From contig NZ_PGGB02000015.1 in the NCBI RefSeq assembly GCF_002803295.2, positions 60 to 32,059 on the forward strand: a DNA stretch of 32,000 bases, read 5' to 3'. Made by a program: the position numbers and the translations under genes. This DNA comes from Caedibacter taeniospiralis (GTDB taxonomy: Bacteria; Pseudomonadota; Gammaproteobacteria; Francisellales; Francisellaceae). The notes beneath the pieces are model-generated. The model was not told the DNA's origin. It saw only the letters and a program-made list of their open reading frames with translations, and did not search any database. The first letter of the stretch is position 1, and each line of letters opens with the position of its first letter. Below are positions 1-8,075 of this stretch, piece after piece.

Positions 1-443
1 TAGGGAGGCAAAGGCATATGACCATGATCAGCCATGAGCTGCCAGACATTCCCCTCAATAAGTTTAAGACGGTACAGACCATCTTTTTTATCCACGACTT
101 CTGCCCCGGCATCGGCCATCTCTATGATTGAACCTAGTTTTGGTGCCCTATTAGCGCGAATATGACTAATACAGCTTTGATCATCGAGTATTTTCTCAAT
201 GAGAAATTCAAGTTTAGCTCCTGAGTCTTTTTGTCCAAAAAGACGCGCTGCCATGACACGAGAATTATTAAAAACGACTAAGTCCCCAGGCTGAATATAA
301 TGAATAATTTCACTGAAAATGTGGTTACTGAGTTCACTTGTTTTGCGATTAAGCACAAGAAGCCTGCTTTGATCACGCTCTTTAGCAGGGTAGCGCGCGA
401 TTAATCCTTCAGGCAATTCGTAATCAAAAATATCTGTTTTCAT
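1..443 (-). CDS. queA: S-adenosylmethionine:tRNA ribosyltransferase-isomerase QueA, N-terminal part (C-terminus lies beyond the window start)
   Basis: My translation of the minus strand from ATG at 443-441 gives MKTDIFDYELPEGLIARYPAKERDQSRLLVL...GDLVVFNNSRVMAARLFG...HGHMPLPP. This matches the conserved QueA N-terminus. The frame stays open to position 1. It is absent from the ORF track because no stop codon lies in the window. Confidence 0.9.
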   Translation of the reverse strand, partial: MKTDIFDYELPEGLIARYPAKERDQSRLLVLNRKTSELSNHIFSEIIHYIQPGDLVVFNNSRVMAARLFGQKDSGAKLEFLIEKILDDQSCISHIRANRAPKLGSIIEMADAGAEVVDKKDGLYRLKLIEGNVWQLMADHGHMPLPP

Positions 444-495
444 ACACTGGTATTTTTAAGTTGCTACTTGGCGTTACCACCGTTCATCGACAAAC

Positions 496-517
496 AAAAA
501 AGGCGCCATTGGCGCCC
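496..517 (-). terminator. Rho-independent terminator downstream of rpmA
   Basis: GC-rich hairpin GGCGCC (502-507), loop ATT, GGCGCC (511-516). On the minus strand it is followed by a run of six T (plus-strand A-run 496-501). It lies 35 nt after the rpmA stop. Confidence 0.7.
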
Positions 518-551
518 CTTTCATCTTTAACAAAAGTCACTGATCAATCAA

Positions 552-821
552 TTAAGCGTTACCAGCAACCGCTTCAATCGAAACGAATTGACGATTTAAA
601 GGTCCACTGACATGGAACTTAACAACACCATCTGACTTTGCAAACAAGGTGTGATCACGTCCACAACCTACGTTGACGCCTGGATGGAATTTTGTACCAC
701 GTTGACGCACGATAATGCTTCCAGCTTTCACTGTTTCACCACCGTAGCGCTTAACACCCAGGTACTTGGGATTCGAGTCGCGACCGTTACGAGTACTACC
801 GCCTGCTTTCTTATGAGCCAT
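552..821 (-). CDS. rpmA: 50S ribosomal protein L27
   Basis: 89 aa, [29 protein letters not shown]..., the canonical L27 N-terminus. AAGGAG Shine-Dalgarno upstream of the ATG. Confidence 0.97.
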   Translation of the reverse strand: MAHKKAGGSTRNGRDSNPKYLGVKRYGGETVKAGSIIVRQRGTKFHPGVNVGCGRDHTLFAKSDGVVKFHVSGPLNRQFVSIEAVAGNA

Positions 822-839
822 GTTTTACTCCTTCTTAGA

Positions 840-1151
840 TTAACCTTGAATTGCTGTAATTTTAACCGCCGTATAATACTGGCGATGCCCTTGACGTTTC
901 ATGCTGTGCTTACGGCGACGAAACTTAATAATTTGTATTTTCTTATGACGACCCTGCTCAATGACTTCAGCAACCACCTTAGCGCCTTCAACAACAGGGC
1001 TGCCTACTTTGATTTCATCACCATTTTGCAGCATCAAAACCTCGGTAAATTCAACGCTTTCACCAATGCCTTTTTCGATTTTCTCTAGCTTAAGCACAGC
1101 CCCTTCTTTGGCTTTATGCTGTTTGCCGCCACTTTTAATAATTGCGAACAT
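840..1151 (-). CDS. rplU: 50S ribosomal protein L21
   Basis: 103 aa, [17 protein letters not shown]...EKI.., typical L21. It lies directly upstream of rpmA, the conserved rplU-rpmA pair. GGAGA Shine-Dalgarno. Confidence 0.97.
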   Translation of the reverse strand: MFAIIKSGGKQHKAKEGAVLKLEKIEKGIGESVEFTEVLMLQNGDEIKVGSPVVEGAKVVAEVIEQGRHKKIQIIKFRRRKHSMKRQGHRQYYTAVKITAIQG

Positions 1152-1279
1152 ATTATTCTCCGATTACTCAAGCTGGCTTTCACCGCTTGACTTTTTGTTA
1201 TTTTTTCAAGAAAAGTGCTTTACAAAAAAAGCGTTGAGATTTTAGTGTTTTTGGGGGCAAAGAGCAATATTAATTTTGC

Positions 1280-1570
1280 TCAAGGCTTAATAAATTCAAC
1301 GATATTTCCCGAGGGGTCTTTGGCATAGCACGATAAGCTACCATCACGATGTTGGTTTAATTTACCATAACTTTCAGCTTTATCGGAGCTAAAGGCAATG
1401 TGTGCAGGGTGTTGATGTGACATGACAAAGGCAAGTTTGACATTGGCAAATTCAACCATTGCCCAAGTATCATCCTGATAAATGAGCCTGGCATTAAAAT
1501 GCGATAAATACCATTTTACCGTTTCATCCAAGTTTTTCACCACTAGGGCAACATGATCCATTCTATCCAT
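1280..1570 (-). CDS. Small VOC (glyoxalase/bleomycin-resistance/dioxygenase fold) family protein
   Basis: 96 aa. The MDHVALVVKNLDETVKWY start and the ...DPSGNIVEF end are the typical first and last beta-strand motifs of VOC domains. The specific function cannot be determined. Confidence 0.7.
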   Translation of the reverse strand: MDRMDHVALVVKNLDETVKWYLSHFNARLIYQDDTWAMVEFANVKLAFVMSHQHPAHIAFSSDKAESYGKLNQHRDGSLSCYAKDPSGNIVEFIKP

Positions 1571-1621
1571 TTTAATACCCTCTTTTACTGCTGTCTGTAC
1601 TGTTTGCGATGGGTATATAGC

Positions 1622-2887
1622 TTAAGAGCGCACCTTGCGTGCTGCATTATGATTTCTCGTTGGTTTTTGACCATCGCGATGTTCTATTTTGGGTTTTTTC
1701 GGGCTTATTTTCTGTGCGTGTTTATAGTTATGAACATTAGATTCAGGCAAGTTATGCACGGGATCAAACCCATCAATAATTACTCGCTCTAATGGTTTCT
1801 TCAACAAGCGTTCAATATCCGCCAATTGTTTAAATTCATCGGCACTGACTAATGAAATTGCCTCCCCAGTAGCTCCAGCTCTTCCCGTTCGACCAATGCG
1901 ATGGACATAGTCCTCAGGCACACTAGGTAAGTCAAAATTCACCACCTGTGGCAACTGGTCAATATCAAGACCACGCGCAGCAATGTCTGTCGCAACCAAT
2001 ACCTGCAGCGCATTACTTTTAAAATCAGCCAATGCTTTCGTGCGCGCACCCTGGCTTTTGTTGCCATGAATTGCCGCACTATGAATACCTGCCTGCAGAA
2101 GCTTACCAGATAAATGATTAGCCCCATGTTTGGTACGCGAAAAAACAAGTACCTGACTCCAGGCTTGTTCCTTGATAAGCTTGATCAGCAACGCCGTTTT
2201 TTGCTTTTTATCTACTGGCGAAATCCAATGTTTTACCTGGGCAGTTGTCTGGTTTGGCGGGCTAACTGAAATTTCCAGAGGATTATGGACAATTTCCTTG
2301 GCAAGCTTTCTGATCTCATCAGAAAATGTCGCTGAGAACATTAAATTTTGACGTTTACTGGGTAATAACTTTAGGATCTTTTTAATATCATGAATAAAGC
2401 CCATATCCAACATTCGATCCGCTTCATCTAATACTAAAAACTTTAAGCGATCAAAACGAATCGCATTTTGCTGATAAAGATCCAAGAGTCTTCCAGGTGT
2501 AGCAACAAGAATATCAGCGCCTTTGCGCAGCTTCATCATCTGCGGGTTGATTTTCACGCCCCCAAACACCACAGCGGAACGCAAATGAGTATGCTTACTG
2601 TACGCTTGAATACTCTCTTGAACTTGTGCAGCAAGCTCTCGCGTTGGCGTAAGAATCAACGCATGGGTTTGATTTGCTCCCGCTTGCGGTGAATTGATTA
2701 ACATTTCGACAATTGGCAAACTAAACGCTGCTGTTTTACCCGTGCCTGTTTGCGCTGCCGCCAGAATATCTCGACCTTGCAAAATAACGGGAATGGCTTG
2801 TTGTTGAATAGGAGATGGCTCGGAGTAACCTTGCTGTGAAAGTGCTTCTAAAATCGGGGTACTAAGCCCAAGGGATGTAAATGGCAT
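1622..2887 (-). CDS. rhlE: ATP-dependent DEAD-box RNA helicase, RhlE-like
   Basis: 421 aa. Q-motif ([10 protein letters not shown]), motif [16 protein letters not shown] ([13 protein letters not shown]), [13 protein letters not shown], and a basic C-terminal tail. The N-terminus aligns closely with E. coli RhlE as I recall it. Confidence 0.9.
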   Translation of the reverse strand: MPFTSLGLSTPILEALSQQGYSEPSPIQQQAIPVILQGRDILAAAQTGTGKTAAFSLPIVEMLINSPQAGANQTHALILTPTRELAAQVQESIQAYSKHTHLRSAVVFGGVKINPQMMKLRKGADILVATPGRLLDLYQQNAIRFDRLKFLVLDEADRMLDMGFIHDIKKILKLLPSKRQNLMFSATFSDEIRKLAKEIVHNPLEISVSPPNQTTAQVKHWISPVDKKQKTALLIKLIKEQAWSQVLVFSRTKHGANHLSGKLLQAGIHSAAIHGNKSQGARTKALADFKSNALQVLVATDIAARGLDIDQLPQVVNFDLPSVPEDYVHRIGRTGRAGATGEAISLVSADEFKQLADIERLLKKPLERVIIDGFDPVHNLPESNVHNYKHAQKISPKKPKIEHRDGQKPTRNHNAARKVRS

Positions 2888-2965
2888 AATGTTTTCGCAA
2901 ATTTAATATTTGCCGCCAAGGATAAAGCGCTTCATTAAAAATAGATAGAGTTCAGGCAGAAATAA

Positions 2966-3400
2966 TTACCTGCCAATCTCTTTTTGTAACTTAATCATAT
3001 CCAGCGCTGCTTTCAGTGCGTATTTCCCCTTATGCCCTTTCTCTCCGCCTACGCGCGCCAGTGCCTGCTCCTTATCATGCGTTGTTAGCACGCCAAAGAT
3101 CACTGGCAAATCATAGCTTAGCATTACCTCTTGCGTGCCTTGTGAAACCTGCATGCACACGTAATCATAATGATCTGTCTGCCCACGAATAACGCATCCT
3201 AAAAGCACAATTGCATCATATTTTTTGGTTTTAGCGAGCTGTTTTGCGGCAAATGGCAACTCCACAGCCCCTGGCACTTTATACACCTTAGGTGTTTTAA
3301 TCCCTTGAGCGACGGCTTCTTCTAAAGCACCCTCCAACAATTTATCGGTGATAAGCGCATTAAATTCACTCACCACAATGGCAATCTTTGGCATGTTCAT
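2966..3400 (-). CDS. ribH: 6,7-dimethyl-8-ribityllumazine synthase
   Basis: 144 aa with GAVELPF and VIRGQTDHYDYV motifs. ATGA start/stop overlap with ribBA. Last gene of the rib operon. Confidence 0.95.
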   Translation of the reverse strand: MNMPKIAIVVSEFNALITDKLLEGALEEAVAQGIKTPKVYKVPGAVELPFAAKQLAKTKKYDAIVLLGCVIRGQTDHYDYVCMQVSQGTQEVMLSYDLPVIFGVLTTHDKEQALARVGGEKGHKGKYALKAALDMIKLQKEIGR

Positions 3401-4605
3401 ACTCCTTTAATCGTGTGTTTAAGTCGTTGTTTTTTGGTTTGTAAATAATGTTTATTGTGTGCGTGAATGAGAGACTCTGATACCAGTACTTCGACCGCAA
3501 TGCCTGCGTTTTGCAAGGCCTGAACCTTCTTAGGATTGTTGGACAATAGCTGGCACTTCTCAACGCCATAATACTTTAATATTTGTACGGCATGATCATA
3601 ACCGCGATTATCCACGGGCAAGTTCAGTGCTTCATTAGCGTCTATCGTGTCAAGTTTTTGTGTGCGTTGCAGCTCATACGCCTTAAGCTTATTGATTAAA
3701 CCAATGTTTCTGCCTTCCTGATCAAGATAAATTAACACCCCACCATGCTCTGAAATTTCGTGCAAGGCGTGATGCAATTGTGACTGGCAATCGCATTTCA
3801 ATGAGCCAAACAAATCCCCTGTAATACACGATGAATGAATACGCACCAAAGGATTGGCGTTGATGTCTTTACTTAAGACCTTAATCTCAGCCTTTGTTAC
3901 AGGATCAACAAAAACGGTCATTTCAAGCTCTCCATACGCATAAAGCGGGATAACCGTGCTTACTGCTTTTTTTATTACCTTCTCAGTTGCCAGGCGATAT
4001 AGCCTAAGCTCCTCAATGCTTAAAACAGGCAAATCATGCGTTAGCGCAAAGTGCGCAATTTCCTCGCCCTTCATCATAGTGCCATCTTTGTTCATGAGCT
4101 CACATAAAACAGCCGCAGGATGAAAGCCTGCCATTTTAACCAGATCAACACTTGCCTCGGTGTGCCCTTGGCGTCCCAAGACACCATAATCATTGGCGAT
4201 CAAGGGGAAAATATGTCCAGGGCGACTAATCTCACCTGGCGTTACATTGGGGTTTGACGCCACTTGAATCGTATGCGCACGATCTTTGGCAGACACCCCC
4301 GTTGTTACCCCCTCTTTTGCCTCAATGGTCACAGTAAAAGGTGTGGTAAACTGGCTGGTATTTAAATCTGCTGGCACCATAGGGGTTAATTGCAAACGTT
4401 TAGCATGTGCTTTGGACATGGCTAAACAAATAATACCACTGGCATTTTGCAGCATTAAATTAATATTTTCAGGATTTGCCAATTGTCCTGGGAAAATCAA
4501 ATCCCCTTCATTTTCGCGATTCTCATCATCAGTCACAATGATGCTTTTACCTTGCTTTAAGGCACTAACCGTTGTTTCTACACGCTGTTTAATTTTTTGA
4601 AACAC
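3397..4605 (-). CDS. ribBA: Bifunctional 3,4-dihydroxy-2-butanone-4-phosphate synthase / GTP cyclohydrolase II
   Basis: DDENRENEGDLIFP (RibB) and RIHSSCITGDLFGSLKCDCQSQL (RibA zinc site). The track ORF begins at a TTG at 4707, deep inside ribE. I place the start at GTG 4605-4603 (V35). That gives the usual spacing of about 21 residues before the VTDDENRENEGD motif. The exact start is uncertain. Confidence 0.88.
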   Translation of the reverse strand: MFQKIKQRVETTVSALKQGKSIIVTDDENRENEGDLIFPGQLANPENINLMLQNASGIICLAMSKAHAKRLQLTPMVPADLNTSQFTTPFTVTIEAKEGVTTGVSAKDRAHTIQVASNPNVTPGEISRPGHIFPLIANDYGVLGRQGHTEASVDLVKMAGFHPAAVLCELMNKDGTMMKGEEIAHFALTHDLPVLSIEELRLYRLATEKVIKKAVSTVIPLYAYGELEMTVFVDPVTKAEIKVLSKDINANPLVRIHSSCITGDLFGSLKCDCQSQLHHALHEISEHGGVLIYLDQEGRNIGLINKLKAYELQRTQKLDTIDANEALNLPVDNRGYDHAVQILKYYGVEKCQLLSNNPKKVQALQNAGIAVEVLVSESLIHAHNKHYLQTKKQRLKHTIKGV

Positions 4606-5197
4606 TTTGCATTTTCTCCATATAACGATAAATATGCTTGCCAATTGGATCGGCTTCCAGATTGACACTTGTGCCCACTTGATAATGTTTAACAACCGTA
4701 GACTCAATGGTGTGCGGGATAAAGGTTACCGTAAAATAGCCATTTTTGACTTCAATCACGGTGATACTCATACCATCGATAGTCACAAAGCCTTTATTGA
4801 CCAAATAGTGTAAAATTTCTTTGGGCGCATTAATGGCTACAAGCCAGGCATCTCCCTCGTGAATGATCCGTTTTATCACGCCAATACCATCCACGTGCCC
4901 CTGCACCATATGTCCACCGACAAAGTCATTTAAGCGTAATGACAATTCTAAATTTACTAAGCTCCCCATTCTAAGCCTGCTTAAATTAGTTTTACGCAAG
5001 GTTTCTGCTACTGCTTCAAAACTCACTAAATCTTGCGACTTATCCAGTGCGACTACAGTTAAACACACACCATTAATAGCAATGCTATCTCCGATTTTAC
5101 AGTCTTTAAGTTGTTGTGAGTGAATGACTAAAGTCATCACCTCACCCCCAAAAGCAAACACAACTTCTGCAACTTCTTGAACAATACCACTGAACAT
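4589..5197 (-). CDS. ribE: Riboflavin synthase (alpha chain)
   Basis: 202 aa, MFSGIVQEVAEV..., with the duplicated GDSIAINGVCLTV-type barrel motif. Confidence 0.93.
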   Translation of the reverse strand: MFSGIVQEVAEVVFAFGGEVMTLVIHSQQLKDCKIGDSIAINGVCLTVVALDKSQDLVSFEAVAETLRKTNLSRLRMGSLVNLELSLRLNDFVGGHMVQGHVDGIGVIKRIIHEGDAWLVAINAPKEILHYLVNKGFVTIDGMSITVIEVKNGYFTVTFIPHTIESTVVKHYQVGTSVNLEADPIGKHIYRYMEKMQSVSKN

Positions 5198-5200
5198 TGA

Positions 5201-6262
5201 TTACTCCATCTCCGCTATACAATAATAATCAGCTTTCAGAAAGCCCATTTCTTTAATATTAACGACTACTTTCTGTCTAAATTCACAGATAATCACGGGC
5301 GCAATATAGGCTTGCACTTCATTCACAAGATTTGCGCTAAAAAAGGCGTTAAGCAAGGTTTGTCCACCCTCAACTAAAACACTGCTAATCTCTTTGGCAG
5401 CAAGCACAATCAAAACTTCATGTAAGTCAAGCTCATGATCTTTGTTTAACGCAACCTCAATGCACTCAACCCCTTTATCTTGTAGTGCATAGAGCGTTTG
5501 TTTGTCGGCAAGATGACTGGTAAACACAATTGTTTTAGCCGTTTTGTCATTGAAAAGCACTGCATTAAGTGGTAAATCTGCCGTTTTTGACAACACCACA
5601 CGCGAGGGATGTTTAATCATTTGACTGTCTGTCATACGCACCATAAGTTTTGGATTATCAGCCACGACAGTCTTGCGACCAACGATAATTGCATCGACCT
5701 GATTGCGTAGATTATGCACCTCGCGTTTTGAGGCTTGATCGGTAATTTGCTTACTGTCATTAAGATGCGTTGTCATATGACCATCCAGTGACATTCCCCA
5801 TTTAGCAATAACATAGGGCAAATGTGTCTGATGATAATGAAAGAAAATTTTATTTAAGCTTATTGCTTCCTGTTGCATTAAACCAAGCTCTACTACAATG
5901 CCCGCGTCTTGCAGGCGTTTAACTCCCTTGCCTGAAACTTCAGGATTTGGATCTAAGGTGGCAACAACGACTTTAACAACTTGCGCCTTTATTAGAGCAT
6001 CTGTGCACGGTCCAGTTTTCCCAAAATGACAACATGGCTCAAGCGTTACATAAACGCTTGCATTTTTTGCATTTTCCCCCGCTTGATCTAAGGCGTGAAT
6101 CTCAGCGTGTTTATCGCCTGCAAATCGATGCCAGCCCTCACCGATAATCTGTCCATTTTTAACAATAACACAGCCTACCATGGGATTTGGAGAAACACTT
6201 AAGCGTCCACGCCTGGCAAGCACAAGCGCCTGACTCATATAAAAACGATCTGCTTGAAACAT
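5201..6262 (-). CDS. ribD: Bifunctional diaminohydroxyphosphoribosylaminopyrimidine deaminase / 5-amino-6-(5-phosphoribosylamino)uracil reductase
   Basis: 353 aa. Deaminase zinc motifs HAEIHAL and TLEPCCHFGKTGPC, plus a C-terminal reductase domain. First gene after the FMN riboswitch. Confidence 0.93.
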   Translation of the reverse strand: MFQADRFYMSQALVLARRGRLSVSPNPMVGCVIVKNGQIIGEGWHRFAGDKHAEIHALDQAGENAKNASVYVTLEPCCHFGKTGPCTDALIKAQVVKVVVATLDPNPEVSGKGVKRLQDAGIVVELGLMQQEAISLNKIFFHYHQTHLPYVIAKWGMSLDGHMTTHLNDSKQITDQASKREVHNLRNQVDAIIVGRKTVVADNPKLMVRMTDSQMIKHPSRVVLSKTADLPLNAVLFNDKTAKTIVFTSHLADKQTLYALQDKGVECIEVALNKDHELDLHEVLIVLAAKEISSVLVEGGQTLLNAFFSANLVNEVQAYIAPVIICEFRQKVVVNIKEMGFLKADYYCIAEME

Positions 6263-6412
6263 AAAAAATGCCCTCAGGTTTCATCTATTATCAGGGCGAG
6301 ACAAAAGAAATAACCACATGAAAATTTAAGACATTAAGCATAAATTCAAAATTTGACATTTAAAATTCAGCATTAACTTCTTAAATGACATATGTACATA
6401 AATCATTCTTAT

Positions 6413-6560
6413 TTCTTCTTTCATCCGGACTATAACCGTCGGCTCTGGAATTTCACCAGATCTGCTGACCTTTTGCGTTGACACAAAAGCGCTCGTGGGC
6501 TTTCCTGTTTTTTATTTCAAGAATTACCACCGGTGGGGAATTTCACCCCGCCCTGAAGAA
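6413..6560 (-). promoter_or_regulatory. FMN riboswitch (RFN element) aptamer controlling ribD-ribE-ribBA-ribH
   Basis: The minus strand reads TTCTTCAGGGCGGGGTGAAATTCCCCACCGGTGGTA...AGCCCACGAGCG...GGTCAGCAGATCTGGTGAAATTCCAGAGCCGACGGTTATAGTCCGGATGAAAGAAGAA. It matches the conserved RFN core blocks nearly base for base (compare the E. coli ribB and B. subtilis ribD leaders). P1 is TTCTTC/GAAGAA. Further downstream, GCCCT (6297-6293) can pair with the ribD Shine-Dalgarno region AGGGC (6274-6270). Confidence 0.93.
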
Positions 6561-6625
6561 CTGCGGCAGAGTCTACGTGGTTTTAAATCAAAAATCTAGT
6601 ACAACAAGCACTTCAACAGTGCTCC

Positions 6626-6653
6626 ATTATGCTCGCGAAAAATGCAATGGCAA
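6626..6653 (-). promoter_or_regulatory. Candidate sigma70 promoter for the riboswitch-rib operon transcript
   Basis: Minus strand: TTGCCA (6653-6648), 16-nt spacer, CATAAT (6631-6626). This places the transcription start about 45 nt upstream of the aptamer. Sequence pattern only. Confidence 0.4.
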
Positions 6654-6665
6654 AGCCACTACCAA

Positions 6666-6689
6666 CCTGACTACTCTAGAGTAGTCAGG
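6666..6689. repeat. Perfect 24-nt palindrome CCTGACTACTCTAGAGTAGTCAGG, one of a two-copy family in this window
   Basis: Verified base by base to be identical to its own reverse complement. Intergenic, between the rib promoter and the pseudogene. The related copy is at 14674-14697. Confidence 0.8.
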
Positions 6690-6846
6690 CACTCCCTAAG
6701 TGATCAAGTCAGATGGTTTACGATGGGTAGATTACTGCTGCTTTACACTAAGCCTAAAAAGATGAGGTATTATCTGAATACGCTGGCAATTTCCCTCCAG
6801 GCGCTATACCATAGCCTAAATCTTCTACTGTTATATAAACGCACTC

Positions 6847-7849
6847 ATGGCTAAGAAAATCTATATCGGCAGCTCAAACTTTGCCGAACTCATCACTGAA
6901 AACGCGGTTTTTGTTGATAAAAGCCTGCTTATCAGGGATATAATCGAAGATACCAGTAAAGTGATATTAATCACGCGCCCCAGGCGCTTTGGCAAGACGC
7001 TAAACATGTCCATCAGGACTTGCCATTTACAACCCCTGGTCGATTTTGAATTGTCTGCATAAAAAGGGAAAATTTGATGACTATTGGGTGCATACCTCAA
7101 ATAACAAGATGATTGAAACCCTGCTGCTGAAATTCCGTGAAGATGTGCATCCTGCGGTGACACAATTGATGGAATATAAGACGGCAGAAGTCATTATCGA
7201 TCGCCATGTGACCTATGACACGCTGGATATTCAATCGAGCAGTTTATGGAGTTTGTTGCTGTTTGCAGGCTATCTAACGGCAGAAACCGCAAGAAGAACC
7301 GATGAGTTATTGTATGAATGCACGGTGCGTCTGCCCAATATCGAAATTGTGCATCTGCTAAATTACTACTTCAAGATCTGGTTAAACAATCGCATCGGTG
7401 TGCAATATCAATCGTTTTTAAATAATCTGGTTGAAGGCAAGGTGGAGAAGTTCAGCGAACAATTAAATACTTACCTCACTGAAGCCTTAAGTGTCAGAGA
7501 CACAGGCTATACCGCCGAGAAGTTTTATCATGGACTGGTGTTGGGCTTAATCGCCTCCCTAAGATCAACTCATATTATCCACTCCAATCATGAATCGGGA
7601 GATGGTTATCCCGATGTGCTACTTTATCCCTTAGCCAATAATCAAAAGCACGATTTAGGCATAGTGATGGAATTTAAGCATGCCAGGGAAGATGGCAGTG
7701 AAAACTTAGACAAACTTGCCAGGCAAGCGCTAAGCCAGATTGATGCTAAAAATTACAGCACTGAGCTAACATCTCAATCTCAAGTAAAGCGCATATTGAA
7801 GCTTGGTTTAGCGTTTAATCATAAACAAGTGATTGTCAAACACCATTGA
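6847..7849 (+). pseudogene. Decayed gene of the predicted AAA-ATPase (AAA-ATPase_like, PF09820) + PD-(D/E)XK nuclease (PDDEXK_9, PF08011) family, with an internal deletion and frameshift
   Basis: ORF 6847-7062 encodes the family N-terminus MAKKIYIGSSNFAELI...VFVDKSLLI...ILITRPRRFGKTLNMS and then diverges into a stop. A second frame is open from 7004 and resumes family similarity at IYNPWSILNCL..DYWVHTS. It ends with the nuclease-like core GDGYPDVLLYP...LGIVMEFK. The two pieces are in different frames. As I recall the family architecture, most of the ATPase domain between them is missing. Confidence 0.75.
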
Positions 7850-7901
7850 GTGTTAGGGAATTCCAACTTAATAACCTGCCTCGCGATGAGAAGAGCAAAC
7901 A

Positions 7902-7936
7902 GGTGGATGCGCCTTAGGTTTATCCGCCCTACTACC
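7902..7936 (+). repeat. REP-like imperfect palindrome with CTAC tail (degenerate copy)
   Basis: GGTGGATGCGCCTTAGGTTTATCCGCCCTACTACC. Same family as 18055-18148 and 20276-20310. The preceding AGCAAACAGG (7894-7903) also occurs in the spacer of the 18055-18148 doublet. Confidence 0.7.
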
Positions 7937-7989
7937 AAACAAATGGGTAGTCTTAGGGCGCCAGAATAAATAAAGTCAACCAAAAGCTG

Positions 7990-8013
7990 ATTCCCATGCT
8001 TCAGCGTGGGAAT
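7990..8013. repeat. ATTCCC...GGGAAT-type hairpin between the convergent pseudogene and relA
   Basis: ATTCCCATGC-TTCA-GCGTGGGAAT, a 10-bp stem. One position is a U-G wobble on the plus transcript and an A-C mismatch on the minus transcript. On the minus strand it is followed by CAGCTTTTGG, so it may act as a weak relA terminator. Confidence 0.5.
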
Positions 8014-8075
8014 ACATAATCTTGTACTCTAAGGTAAATTTTAAAAATCTCGTTCTCTTATTAAACCTGAACTTC

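Noticed and set aside
651-1245. Plus-strand ORFs of 145 and 94 aa
   Set aside because: They are antisense to the highly conserved rpmA and rplU genes, an artefact of codon bias on the opposite strand.
4606-4707. 34-codon N-terminal extension of ribBA
   Set aside because: It starts at a TTG deep inside ribE, and the extension has no RibB similarity. The GTG at 4605 gives the canonical spacing to the DDExRENEGD motif.
6478-6854. ORFs of 68 and 70 aa on the plus strand upstream of the pseudogene
   Set aside because: The first is antisense to the FMN riboswitch aptamer. The second spans the promoter and palindrome region. Neither has a Shine-Dalgarno sequence or recognisable similarity.
6723-7950. 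ATGGGTAG 8-mers at 6723-6730 and 7943-7950 flanking the pseudogene, as possible target-site duplication or island borders
   Set aside because: An 8-mer direct match at this distance is within chance expectation. There are no adjacent inverted repeats or integrase to support mobility.
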